Origin: Azolla caroliniana
Taxonomy: Eukaryota; Plantae; Polypodiophyta
Assembly (NCBI GenBank): GCA_043228905.1
Contig: JBHGNT010000010.1
Coordinates: forward strand, 11,594,001 to 11,658,000
Reading direction: 5' to 3'
Length of the DNA: 64,000 bases
Shown here: in pieces, positions 41,301 through 53,700 of the stretch
Layout of the letters: each line of letters opens with the position of its first letter
How positions within the stretch are numbered: position 1 is the stretch's first letter
The notes under the pieces: generated by a model
Database searches by the model: none
Told to the model about the DNA's origin: nothing
What the model saw: the letters and a program-made list of their open reading frames with translations, nothing else
Program-made: the position numbers and the translations under genes

Positions 41301-42165
41301 GATAGGGTTTTGAGTCCACATATATGATGTTGTGACCAGTTGGTTCATAAGGTACAAGGTCTGTAATGCTTATAATCCATATAGTGTTTTGGTTCATTAA
41401 TACAAGGGCATGAACAATCAATATACTAATGTCAATTTCATTAAGAAAACCTAGACCGATTTGTAGTTTCATAAGTGATAAAAGAGCAACATGTTCATGT
41501 TAAAATAATTTATTTTTAATTCATTGAATTTGTATGTTTTCATGACTTGGCCAATTTTTACGTTTTCCAAACTCCATTGTCAAATAGAGGTTCAACACTT
41601 GTCCATGGGTGTGTCACCTTTGTTCATGTTGCAATATTGGAGAACTTGATGTGAAACCTCATAAGGTGTAGACAAAGATAATGGCATCTAACAATATGAC
41701 ATTCATTAACAATATATATAATTGAGAAGATGTTACGAGCATGACCATATAATATCTTCTGGTAAGATTGTACTGTAGTATTCTATACATATGGATAAAG
41801 TGTGAGGGTTAAATGAGAGTATAAAGAAGGGAAGGATTACTTTTAATTCTTGGGATTGAGACAACCCATTAAGGTCAAGTGTGAACTTGCTTGGGGGCCT
41901 AACGACCCTCATTTGACATCTCTTGACAACGCTGAGACGCCGACCTTGTGGTGGATCAAACTCTTGTAGCGAGCGCACCAATACCAGGTACAACTCGACG
42001 CCATGACGGTGGTATGGGACGCTGATCGAGGCTCGAGTCCGTCCAATCCCTTCGTTTGGGAGTGGTCGGGTGGATCGACACCCTTCTTGCTCTCTCTCCT
42101 TTCTAGATCTATCTATCCAGTAAATCCTTATCCTATGCTTACATTAGGATCTAGCTCTAATAGTT

Positions 42166-42261
42166 GGTATCCAAGCTTTTATTCTAATGTTTCTTTTGTT
42201 GATTGTTTTCTTCGGTATCCAAGCTTTTATTCTAATGTTTCTTTTGTTGATTGTTTTCTTC
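42166..42261. repeat. Perfect 48-bp tandem duplication starting in the PBS-like motif
   Basis: GGTATCCAAGCTTTTATTCTAATG...TTTTCTTC at 42166 and 42214. Confidence 0.9.
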
Positions 42262-45200
42262 TTCTTGCTGGATGGTGATCGATCGATGTGCGATCAAGCT
42301 TGATCCAGATAGCTATCAACAAAGGAACTTCGATAACTCTTTCTTAATTTTTTTCTATTCATTCTTCTCCCAATCTAATAATGTATAGTCAATATGTAAT
42401 TTTTTTCATTGATTCAATTATGTTGTAGTGGTAATAATTGGTTGTATAAAATGTATACAAATGTGTATGAGGCTAATACCTCATTTGACATATATTTGAT
42501 ATGTGATTTGTGTTGTATGCGTACGAGGTTAATACCTCAATTGCATGTTATGTTTACATACATATGTTATGTATGCGTATGAGGTCAATACCTCAATTGC
42601 AATTTGTGTAAATGATATGCAATTTGTGTCGTGTAAAGAATACGCTTGCGGAAGCTAAAACAAACCAAATTTTCCGGATATCAACAGAACACAAACGTAG
42701 GTTTAATGGAATCTTGAGATTACATAGTATACAAGGGAGAGACAGAGAGAACAAAACATAAAATGTATTCAAAATAATCGCAATCTGTACATAGAATGTG
42801 CTCAGAGAAATGATATGAGATTTGTGTCGTGTAAAGAATACGATTGCAGAAGCTAAAACAAACCAAATTTTCCGGATAGCAACAGAACACAAACATAGGT
42901 TTAATGGAATCTTGAGATTATACAATATACAAGGGAGAGACAGAGAGAACATAACATAAAATGTATTTAAAATAATATCACTCTATACATAGAATGTGCT
43001 TAGAGAGCACTTTTATACAAGTCCATTTTAGGACTGACAGAAGTACTGATAGGTACTTCAATGATCATATGAGCGACTGACATTGACTCCCAAAAATATG
43101 CCTACGTATTAGGCTAGATTCGTAGGCCTCTAATAGCCTATCGGTTACAATCCGATCCGGCTCTTGGTTCCGGATACCATCTGGACACCTATCCGGTTCT
43201 CCGTTCCAGATACCGATCCAGCTCTGGCTTATTCAACCGATCCGGATCTAGTTGAGCTTGCTCGCTCAACACTCCCCCTCAAGCTCAACTTGAGGTTGGA
43301 TCGTGGTATCAGTATCTGTGGTAGCCGGTTCTTCCGTCCGACCCCTTCTGGCATCCTCCCGCCTCGCTCACGCTCCTCGTCCAGTCCGGTTCTTCCTTCC
43401 ACGACCTATCCGGTTTTGTGCTCCTCGACCTTCTTGGTAGACATGTCTGCTCAACATGCCCTTCTCAGCTTCCTCGTTGTTGCGACTCCAGTGCTTGTCA
43501 ACTTGTCGTTTCCTCCGTATTGGCATCGATTTCCGCTGCCTTCTCGTCCGCTTGGCCTTTAGTAGATCCGGATGATCTGAATCAAATTGTTAAACCGAAT
43601 CACCTGCCTTCGATTCGTTCCAGCTCTTGTCCGAATTGGTTGCCTCCGATTCGTTTCCCATTTTCAGGCCTTTGACAACATCGGACTATGTCCGGGGCTT
43701 GGCCTTCTCCTTCCGGTCGGCTCTATCCTTTTTGACTCTACCGCCGCCACCACTTTTTCCGTCTTGTTCAGATATGTCGACTCTTCCAGTCGATTTGGCT
43801 TTCTTTTTCTTCTTATCTCCCCCTATCTTGGTTCTCTCTTTCCCTCTGGCTCCTATCCGGTGCCATTATCTGTTTCCGTTCTCCCCCTCAAGTGCGGCAC
43901 GTTGAGACATTGAATGCCGAGCATCTTTGGAAAGTGCTGCAACTTGGCCTATCCGAGAGGCTTGGTGAAGGTGTCAGCAACCTGCCGATCTGTGTGAACA
44001 TATTGAAGTTCAACTTCACTGCTTAGGACCCGCTCACGGACAAAGTGATAATGCACTTCTATGTGCTTTGTCCGAGCATGGAATACGAGATTCTTAGCGA
44101 GTTGTATGCTGCTTACGTTGTCGCAATAGATTTGGATCAGGGTTGGCACCTCGATCCGGAGGTCTTGCAACAATCGCCGAAGCCAGATGGCTTCACAGGT
44201 GGCAATGGTCGCACCCTGATATTTAGCCTCAGTGCTCGACAGAGCCACTGTTGGCTGCTTTTCGTTGCTCCACGCAACAACTACGCCACCAAGGGAAAAC
44301 ATATATCTGGAGGTGGATCGGCGATCCGATGCATCACCAACCCATTCGACATCTATATATCCAACTAGCTTCCCAGCGATACCGTGTCGATATAACAACC
44401 CCTTAATTCTTAGTGCCAGTAACATATCGGAGCATTCGGTGTGCGCACTGAAGGTGCTCCACGATCGGCTTCTACATGAATTGGCTAATCAGTCCAATCG
44501 GATAACCGATGTTGGGTCGGGTGATTGTTAAGTAGATAAGGCTTCTGACAATTTGTCGGAGCCGTTTCTCGTTGCAGGCCTGTCCGGAGTTGGGACGTAG
44601 CTTCAAGTTCCGGTCTCGGGGTGTGGAGATTGGTTGACATTCAGTCATGCCGAACTTGTACAACATATTCAACACATAGTGGGTTTGTGAGAGCAATATG
44701 CCGTCGGGAGTCTGGACCACCTCGATCCCAAGAAAATAATGAAGGTCCCCCAAGTCCTTCATTTCAAATGCGTCCGACAGTTGGGACTTCACATGGCCGA
44801 TTTCTTCGAGTCTGGGTCCGGTGATCATTGGATCATCCACATATAGTAGGATACATACCGGACTATCGGGACCTTTCTGGATGAACAGTGAAGAGTTAGA
44901 TTTTGAGGCCGCAAACCCCATCTTACACAACCGGTGCGTAATTTTTGCATTCCAAGCTGGGGGGGCTTGCTTCAGACCGTAAAGCGACTTCTTGTGTCGG
45001 CACACGACTGACTTGTTCATCTCTAATTGAAAACTGGGGGGTTGGACCATATAGACCCGTTCTTCCAGATCACCTTGAAGAAACGCATTCTTCACGTCCA
45101 TTTGGTGAAGATGCCACCCCCTAGCCGTAGCAATAGCCAGTACCACACAAACCGTTGTCATCTTCGCTACCGGAGCGAAGGTCTCGTCGTAGTTGATTCC

Positions 45201-48200
45201 GTGGGTTTGTGCGTATCCCTTTGCCACTAATCCAGCTTTGTACCTGCATCAAGTGCCTGCATTTCTTCCTCCATAGCAGCATGCAAATTTGCTTCCTTTG
45301 CCGCTTCTGTGTAGCTCTCCGGCTCACGCACTTCTGCCACTTTGGTCATTGTTGAGAGACAAGCTCAACATTTGTGCGTAATACGATGCGTAACTAGTGC
45401 GTAGACTGGGTGCGTAAAATCGGTACGCATAACATGGTCGTAGCGGCGCGTAAACCGCGAGGCTATTTGAAAGATATTCCTCATAAGGAATAGTTTTGGG
45501 AGTAAGTGTCGAGGCTCATTTATGAGCAGTCAAGTACTGTCAACACTTGTGTCAGCCCACTGTCAGGGCTTGTATAAAAGGTGCTCACTAAGCACAATGT
45601 ATGTACAGAGTTAGTATTTTTGAATTGAGTTCTCTGTCTCTCCCGCGTATTATGTATACTCAAGCTCTCCATTAAACCTGTGTATTTTCTCTGTGTTCGT
45701 TTTTCTATTGCTTCCGCACATAATCTTTCACATGGTATCAGAGCGTGAGGGTTGAGAACCTCTACAGTCGACATAGCTTGAAAGACAAACTAACCAAGAA
45801 GAACATGCAAAACCGATGGATAGAGGAATGGCTAGCTCGCTTCCAACAGAGAAGCTCGACAGAAACAACTACGCGTCTTGGTCCTACAAGATGCACCAAT
45901 ACCTGCTCGGGCACGGTTACTGGAGCTATGTCGACGGAGCAAATGACACAACACCCGAATCGACACACAAAGATTTCCCAGCGTGGGAACAATCGGCAAG
46001 CAGAGTGCTGTACTGTTTCGCGTCTTGTGTGGGCGAACAACTATTAAGCTATGTTCGGGATGCAAAAACGCCGAAGGGTGCATGGGAAAATCTCAAGAAG
46101 ATCTTCGCCGCGAGTACCATAGCCAGGAAGCTTCAGCTCCGACAGGAGTTGAGCAATCTACGACAACGCGATTTGTCGGTGGCTGACTATACCTCGAAGA
46201 TCAAGGACGTATGCGACTCCTTAGCTTCCATCAATGTGAACATTGAGGAAAGTGAGATGGTCCAAGTTGGTCTCGGGGGTTTGGCATCAAAGTTCAGAGC
46301 GTTTCAAACTACTATGTGTACACGGGAGAATACGCCGTCGTTTTTCGACTTACAGTCGATGCTCCTTATAGAGGAGAACCATGCGGGTGCGTTGACAAGC
46401 ACGCATGCCGACAACAAGATGGTGTACATGGAGGGAGATAGGCCTCGTGGTTGTGGCGAACGAGGCGAGTTGGTGTGCAATGGAGGCGACCGACGGGATC
46501 AAGGAAGAAGGCACCGAAGTGATGCCGACAGCAATTCCGGACCCTCCGGAAGCAAGGGGAGTCAAGGCGACGAGAACCGACAATGGAAATCCATCGCGGA
46601 ATGCTGGTACTGTGGCAAGAAAGGCCATAGGGAGAGCGAGTGCTGGAAAAAGCGCACCGATTCGGAGAGAACCGGGTCTGGATTAGGTTTCGGACAGACC
46701 GACAAAGAAAATCGGCAACGATCGCACTACGCCGAAGGATCCAGAGAAGCCGGAAAAGGGTCAGTCTTCGTGACGAGACACGAAGCAAACTCAATGAAGC
46801 AGACCACCCCGAAATCGGACGAGGTGTGGTACGTCGACTCCGGCGCATCAAATCACATGACGAGCCATAAGGAGTGGTTCTTGTACCTTGAGAAACCGAT
46901 GCAACCAGGAGTAGTCGCAACCGGAGACGACACTCCGCATCCGATCACGAATGTCGGTGAAGTTCCCTTAAGCTATGTCGGGCAGAAAGGGAAATTCATG
47001 AACGTGTTACACGTCTCGACAATCACAAAGAACCTGGTGTCGGTCGGGCAGATGGTCGACCAGGGGATGCAGGTTCGGTTTACGCATCTCGAGTGCTTCA
47101 TTGAGAACGAAGGTTGTGTTATTGCACAAGGGGGCAGAGATGGGAGGATGTTTATCCTCGACTCTAGTGACGGTGGCACCGCAATGTTTGCGAAGGGACA
47201 AAAAGTCGAGTCGGACATTGACTTATGGCACAAGCGGATAGGCCATGTCAACTACCAACGGCTTCAGGACCTGCAATCGAAACTTGTGGTGTTCGGATTG
47301 CCCAAATTTAGTAGCTGGAAGGCACAAATTTGTGAAGCCTGCCAGCTTGGAAAGCAACACCCACTTCCCTTCCCCAACGAGCATAACCGGAGCTGGAACA
47401 AGCTCGACGTGATACACTCCGATGTGTGGGGGCCGGCAGAAAACGTTAGTCTTGGCGGGAGCCGATATTTCGTCTCCTTCATCGACGAGTACACGCAGCA
47501 CACGTGGATCTACCTCATTGAGAGGAAGAGCGAAGTCTTCGACTGTTTTTGGGACCTCAAAGGGTTCGTGGAAATGGAAACAGGAAGAAAGATCAAGTGC
47601 CTGCGGTCGGATGGCGGAAAAGAATACTTTTCCGGTCAATTCAACGGTTATCTACAACAGATGGGAATTCGGCGCGAATTCAGTTGTAGATACACACCGG
47701 AGCAAAACGGCGTGGCCGAGAGGAAAAATCGGTCGGTTGTGGAAGTGGCACGGGCAATGCTGGAGGAGAAGAGCTTGCCCAAGTTCTACTGGGCCGAGGT
47801 GGTACGAACCGTGGTATACATCCAGAATCGGATCGGAGAAAAAGTGTTGGCGCACGAGCTATATTTCGGAATGAAGCCGAACTTGTGACACTTACGAGTT
47901 TTCGGTCGCATTGCGTATGTGCATGTGCCGAAGGAGAAATGGAGGAAGCTGGACGCAAAGGCCGAGAAATGCAACTTGGTCGGTTATTCGGACAAGTAGA
48001 AGGGTTATAAGTGTTATAACCCGTGCACCAAACAAATGCGCGTGAGCCGCGAAGGTGTTGTTTGACGAGTTTGCGTCTTGGTACTTGCCTCCGACTCCAG
48101 ACCTCAACTCCAATCCGAGCTCTAACGATGAGGTCAGCGAGACTGAGATGCCTCCGGATGAGCCTGAAATTGGGACCCGCGAAGAGAGTCCGATTTCGTT

Positions 48201-50457
48201 TCGGAGAAGTGGACCGAATGAATGACTGAGTTGGTTCGACTAGTCTGATGAACAACCGACGAGTAGTGGAGACTCGGCTGTGCATTCCCCGCGCAGGAAG
48301 CCAAGGAGACGGCTTACGCGCAAAGAAAAAGGGAAGAAGAAGGTGTCGAATTACGGCACGGATAGGAGTGAGTCGGATCAACGCGAGCTTGACTCCGAGG
48401 GAAGCGATGATGGGTCTTCGAGAGCGAAGTCCGCATTGGCTAAGAAAGCCTCAACCTCGGCTAATGACCAATTACGCCGATCTACCCGCCAGAAGAACCT
48501 TGTTGTGCGGTTCGGTTATAACGAGTACATGGCGCATCACTATGCGTACATGACCCGTGTTGCGGAAGTGTGTGAGCCGGAGAGCTACGCAGACGAAAGA
48601 CGCGAATTGGCGTGCCGCGATGCAGGAAGAGATGTGCGCATTGGCAGAAAATGAAACCTGCGACCTGGTTGACGCACCGAATGGTGTGAAGTCGATCGGA
48701 TGTAGGTGGGTATACAAGGTCAAGTACAACACAGACGACTCAGTCAACCGATACAAGGCTTGGTTAGTAGCAAATGACTACGCGCAAAACTACACATTGA
48801 CTACGATGAGACGTTTGCGCCGGTCGCGAAAATGACGACTGTCCGTGTTTTGTTCGCGGTAGCTGTGGCCAAGGGGTGACACTTACATCAGATGGATGTA
48901 GAGAATGTGTTCCTGCAAGGTGAGCTTGAGGAACAGGTGTACATGGTACAACCCCCCAGATTTCACTCGAGAACGAACACTTTGGCAGTGTGCCGATTGA
49001 AGAAGTCCCTTTACGGACTAAAGCAAGCCCCGTGTGCCTAGAACGCAAAGATCACGCAGCAACTGCGTCGGATGGGCTTTGCGACGTCGAAATCGGACTC
49101 CTCACTGTTCATCTGGAAAGGTCGACTCGGGAGTATTCTACTTTATGTTGATGACTTGGTCATCACCGGCGCCGACCTAAGTGAAATCAACCGCGTGAAG
49201 CTCCAGCTTGTGGCATCATTGGACATGAAGGATCTAGGAGACCTTCATTACTTCCTCGGGATTGAAGTGGTCCGCACCCCCGAAGGCATACTGATCAGCC
49301 AACGTCATTATGCACTGAATATGCTCTTCAAATTCGGGATGGCCGACTGTAAGTCTGTCTCGACTCCTCTGGATAGAACCGTCAACCTTCGCTCCAATTC
49401 CGGCAAGGTATGTGACCTGACGAGGTTCTGACAAATTGTCGGAAGCCTTATCTACTTGACAATCACCCGACCCGATCTCAGTTATCCGGTCGGGGTGATC
49501 AGTCAGTTCATGGCGCGACCTACTGAGGAGCACCTTCAGTGTGCGCAACGTGTACTGCGGTATGTAAGCGGCACTAAGGACCGGGGACTGCTATATCGGA
49601 CAGGTACAACCCGCAGTTGGTTGGCTACACCGATGCTGATTGGGCCGGCAACGCCGTCGATCGCCAATCCATGTTCGGATACGCGTTCTCTCTTGGGAGT
49701 GCCGCGGTAGCGTGGAGCAATAATAAGCAGCCGATATTGCACTGTCGAGCACTGAAGCCGAGTACCGAGGAGCGGCTGTCGCGACATGCGAAGCCATATG
49801 GTTGAAGCGGCTACTTAAGGACCTACAAGAGGAGGTGTTCAATCCGATGACGATCTACTACGACAACCTCAGCAACATCCAGCTCGCGAAGAACTCCATT
49901 TTCCACGCACGGACCAACCACATTGAGGTGCACTACCATTTTGTCCGTGAGCATGTCCTTTCTGGTGAAGTCGAACTTCAGCATGTTCCGACGGATCGGC
50001 AGACTGCCGACATCTTCACCAAGCCTCTTGGACTGGACAAGTTGCGGCAATTCTCGGGTGCGCTTGGGTTGCGTCACCTCGATGTGCCGAACTTGAGGGG
50101 GAGAGATGTCCCAAATGACCATGGAAGGAAGCAAGAAAGGAGCGGAGAAGACCGCGATGCCGAGTCGGATGACGAATTCGACTTCGGATCGACTGAAGAA
50201 GCCGAGGCCGGATCCGCGGAAGAGTCCCAAAGCGGACATAAGGGGAGCAGCTGAAAGAAAGAGCCGAAGCCAACCAAGCATGGGGGAGATGATGCCATCA
50301 AGGGCGAGAAGACTGAAGACGAGTTGGAGACAACCAACTCGGACGAGAGCGAAAACCGATCGGAGGTAGCCGAGTCAGTTCGGATGTTTGATTCGGATAC
50401 ACTGAATCAACCGAAGGCCATGCGGAAAAGAAGGCAGCAGGAGAAGCGCCAACACCG

Positions 50458-50728
50458 TGACAGGAATACACGCTCCCGATGAACAACGCTCGGCCACAAC
50501 TGAGCCTAGAATCAAACACAGTAAACGGGTAATGAACGCACGACATAGTGAAGAGAAGAGTACACAGGATGCTAACATGGAAAACCCAAACTAGGGAAAA
50601 AAACCACGATAGCCCACAAACTGCAAACTATCACTATATCAGAATGTACAATAGTGAAGCACCGAGGCAATGACCTCGAGCTTGCTATCTTCGCCACAGG
50701 CGGTGGTTACAACAGAGGCAACGACCTC

Positions 50729-50772
<44 letters not shown>

Positions 50773-53700
50773 CATAGTTACACACTCTAATCTTGCACCA
50801 ACAAGAATAAGGACCTCAAACTAAAGTTTGCCCTAAGTCATATTTATACAAAAAATGACTTTTTGGTTATTTACAAATATAGCCCCGATGGACTCTCAGA
50901 AACATATTTAGGAATATGTCCCTTCATACGGTGAGCACTCCTCACTGGGCCTGCATCATCCGGCGCTTGCCGGGCACACGTCATCCGGTTCTCACCGTGT
51001 CTTCCGTTGCCGGGTACTCGTCATTCGGTTCTCACCGGGTCTTCCATAGCCGAGTACTCCTCATCCGGTTCTCACCGGATCTTCCATAGCCGGGTACTCC
51101 TCATCCGGTTTCGGCCTCGGCCTATCGGCCTCGACCGAGTTTGCTCATCAGTATTGTTCTTCTCACTTCCCATCCGGAGGGACTTGTTTCCTAACAAACT
51201 CCCCCTTCACTCCGGCATGGGATGTCTTACTAATCTGATCCGCTTCCGACATGTATCCAGCTTGTCGGGTATCAGTACTTTGGTCAACATATCTGACCCG
51301 TTCTCGGCCGTGTGGATCTTCATCAGCACGAACTCTCGATCTTCTACTCGCTCCCGGATCCAGTGATACCTATGCTGGATGTGCTTCGTCCTGGAATGGT
51401 ACACTGCGTTCTTAGCAAGGTGGATGGCACTTTGACTGTTGCAATAGAGCCGGTAATCATCTTGCCGGATACCGAGCTCTCCGATGAAGTCCTTCATACA
51501 TAATATTTCCTTGCCGGCTTCCACAACCGCCATGTACTCTGCCTCCGTGGTTGACAACGCAACCATCTTCTGCAGCCTCGACTGCCACGAAACAGCTACC
51601 CCTGCATACGTCATTACATACCCGGATGTAGACCGGCTGGTATCCACATCAGCCGACATGTCTGAATTGGTGAAACCGTCAAGTTGAGGTTTACCGGAGC
51701 CGAATCGGAGACACATATTCGAAGTGCCCTTCAGGTACCAGAGTATCCATTTGACCGCGTTCCAGTGCTCCTTGCCAAGATTGCTCATAAACCGGCTCAC
51801 CACTCCGACTGTGTATCCTATATCCGGTCGGGTACACACCATTGCGTACATTAAGCTCCCGACAACAGAGGCATATGGAACCTTCATCATATCAGCCTTC
51901 TCTGCTTTCGTCTTCGGGCTTTGCTTACCGGATAATCTGCAGTTTGCCGGGAGTGTCGATCCGACCAGTTTCACTTCTAACATGTTGAACCGCTGAAGCA
52001 CCTTTGTCACATATTTCTCCTGTGACAGCCACAGTTGCTTTGTTGTCCGGTTCCGGATGATATGCATCCCCAACATCTGTCTTGCTGGACCCAAGTCTTT
52101 CATCGCGAAAGTTCGGTTGAGAGCCTTCTTCAGCATCCGTATTTTGGCTTGGTTCCGTCCGACGATCAACATGTCGTCCACGTACAGAAGGAGTATCAGG
52201 AAGTCGCCTCCTTCGAACTTCTTCACAAACACGCAGTGATCGGCCTGCGTCTTGTGGTACCCTTGATCGACCATGAAGGAGTCGAACTTCCGGTACCATT
52301 GTCGGGGAGCCTGGTTCAGTCTGTACAAGCTCTTCTTCAACCGGTACACCAGGTGCTCCTTCCCTTTCTCCACGAATCCTTCCGGTTGCTGCATGTAGAT
52401 CTCCTCTTCGAGATCACCGTGAAGGAATGCCATCTTCACGTCCAGCTGCTCTACCTCGAGGTTCATGCTTGCCGCTATACTCAACACCGTCCGGATGGAG
52501 GTCATCTTTACTACCGGGGCAAATATCTTGTCGAAGTCCACACCCTTCTTCTGCTGGAACCCCTTCACCACGATCCTGGCTTTGTATCTCGGGGGGTTGC
52601 CGGCATCTCCCGGTTTCAACTTCTACACCCACTTATTTCGGAGTGCCCGTTTTCTTTCGGCAATTCCACCAATTCGTACGTAAGGTTCTCATTCAGGGAA
52701 TCCATCTCATCCTGCATGGCACTTAACCATTTGCGGCTGTGGGTGTCATCCTTCGCTTCTTCGAAGCTTTCCGGCTCTCCCTCATCGGTTAGCAGCACAT
52801 GCTCTGCATCTGGAAATCTCTAGGGGGCCCTTCTCTCTCTGAGAGGATATCTCTGTCTTTGTCTTTCGGCAACCGGCTCCTCTATTTGTTCTTCATCCGA
52901 ATCCGATTCGGGATCTTGGCTGGTTCTGATTTCAGCTTTCTCTACTTCTTCTTCTGCCGGTTCGGTACTCTCACCGTAATCGGCTGGTTCCTTGAGTGTC
53001 AACCGGCTCTTAGCCGGGTGTGTCCGAATCTCATCAGAGTTCATTCTCTTCTTCTCCGACTCCTAGTCGGCAAGGGTCTTGTCCTCCATGAAGATAATAT
53101 TGTTGTACGTTTTAGGGTTAGGGTTAAGGACGACGACGACGACGAATGATAACTATGATGATTGGTAATGAAGATAGACATGGTGATGGAGAGTATGATG
53201 GTGAGAGAGATCATATAGAGAAGCATTGCGGGGTGGGGGGTGGTGCCTAGAATGGCTCCACCCCCCTCCCAAGGGGCTTCAATGTGAGAGAGGGAGAGAG
53301 AAGAGAAAAGGTGACAAAGAGAGAGATTAGAGAGAAATGTTCATTCATGTTTCATTCATTCCCCATAAGGGGTTAAATAGTACAAGAGGGGGTAGATACA
53401 TAGGGGTGTAGGCCCCCTTGAGCATTCATACTGGACACTCTCTCACACCTCCTCGTATCCATCCACATGCACACACTTGTGCATGTGTTCACATACATAT
53501 CGACTCACAATTACATTTATGCCTCCTACACATACACAACAACATCATGATAACATTCGACCCTCGATCATCACACTTGACTCTCCGTACATCTCGTACG
53601 AGGTAACAAATATCTCGACTCCGGAAAGCCTTCTTGTCAACCGGATCCCACACTCGATAGCCGAACTCATCAGCGCCGTATCCAAGGACTATGCATGGCC

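Noticed and set aside
42461-42600. CRISPR-like repeat/spacer appearance
   Set aside because: Plant nuclear context, no cas genes, repeats degenerate and spacers resemble each other; better explained as a retroelement tandem array
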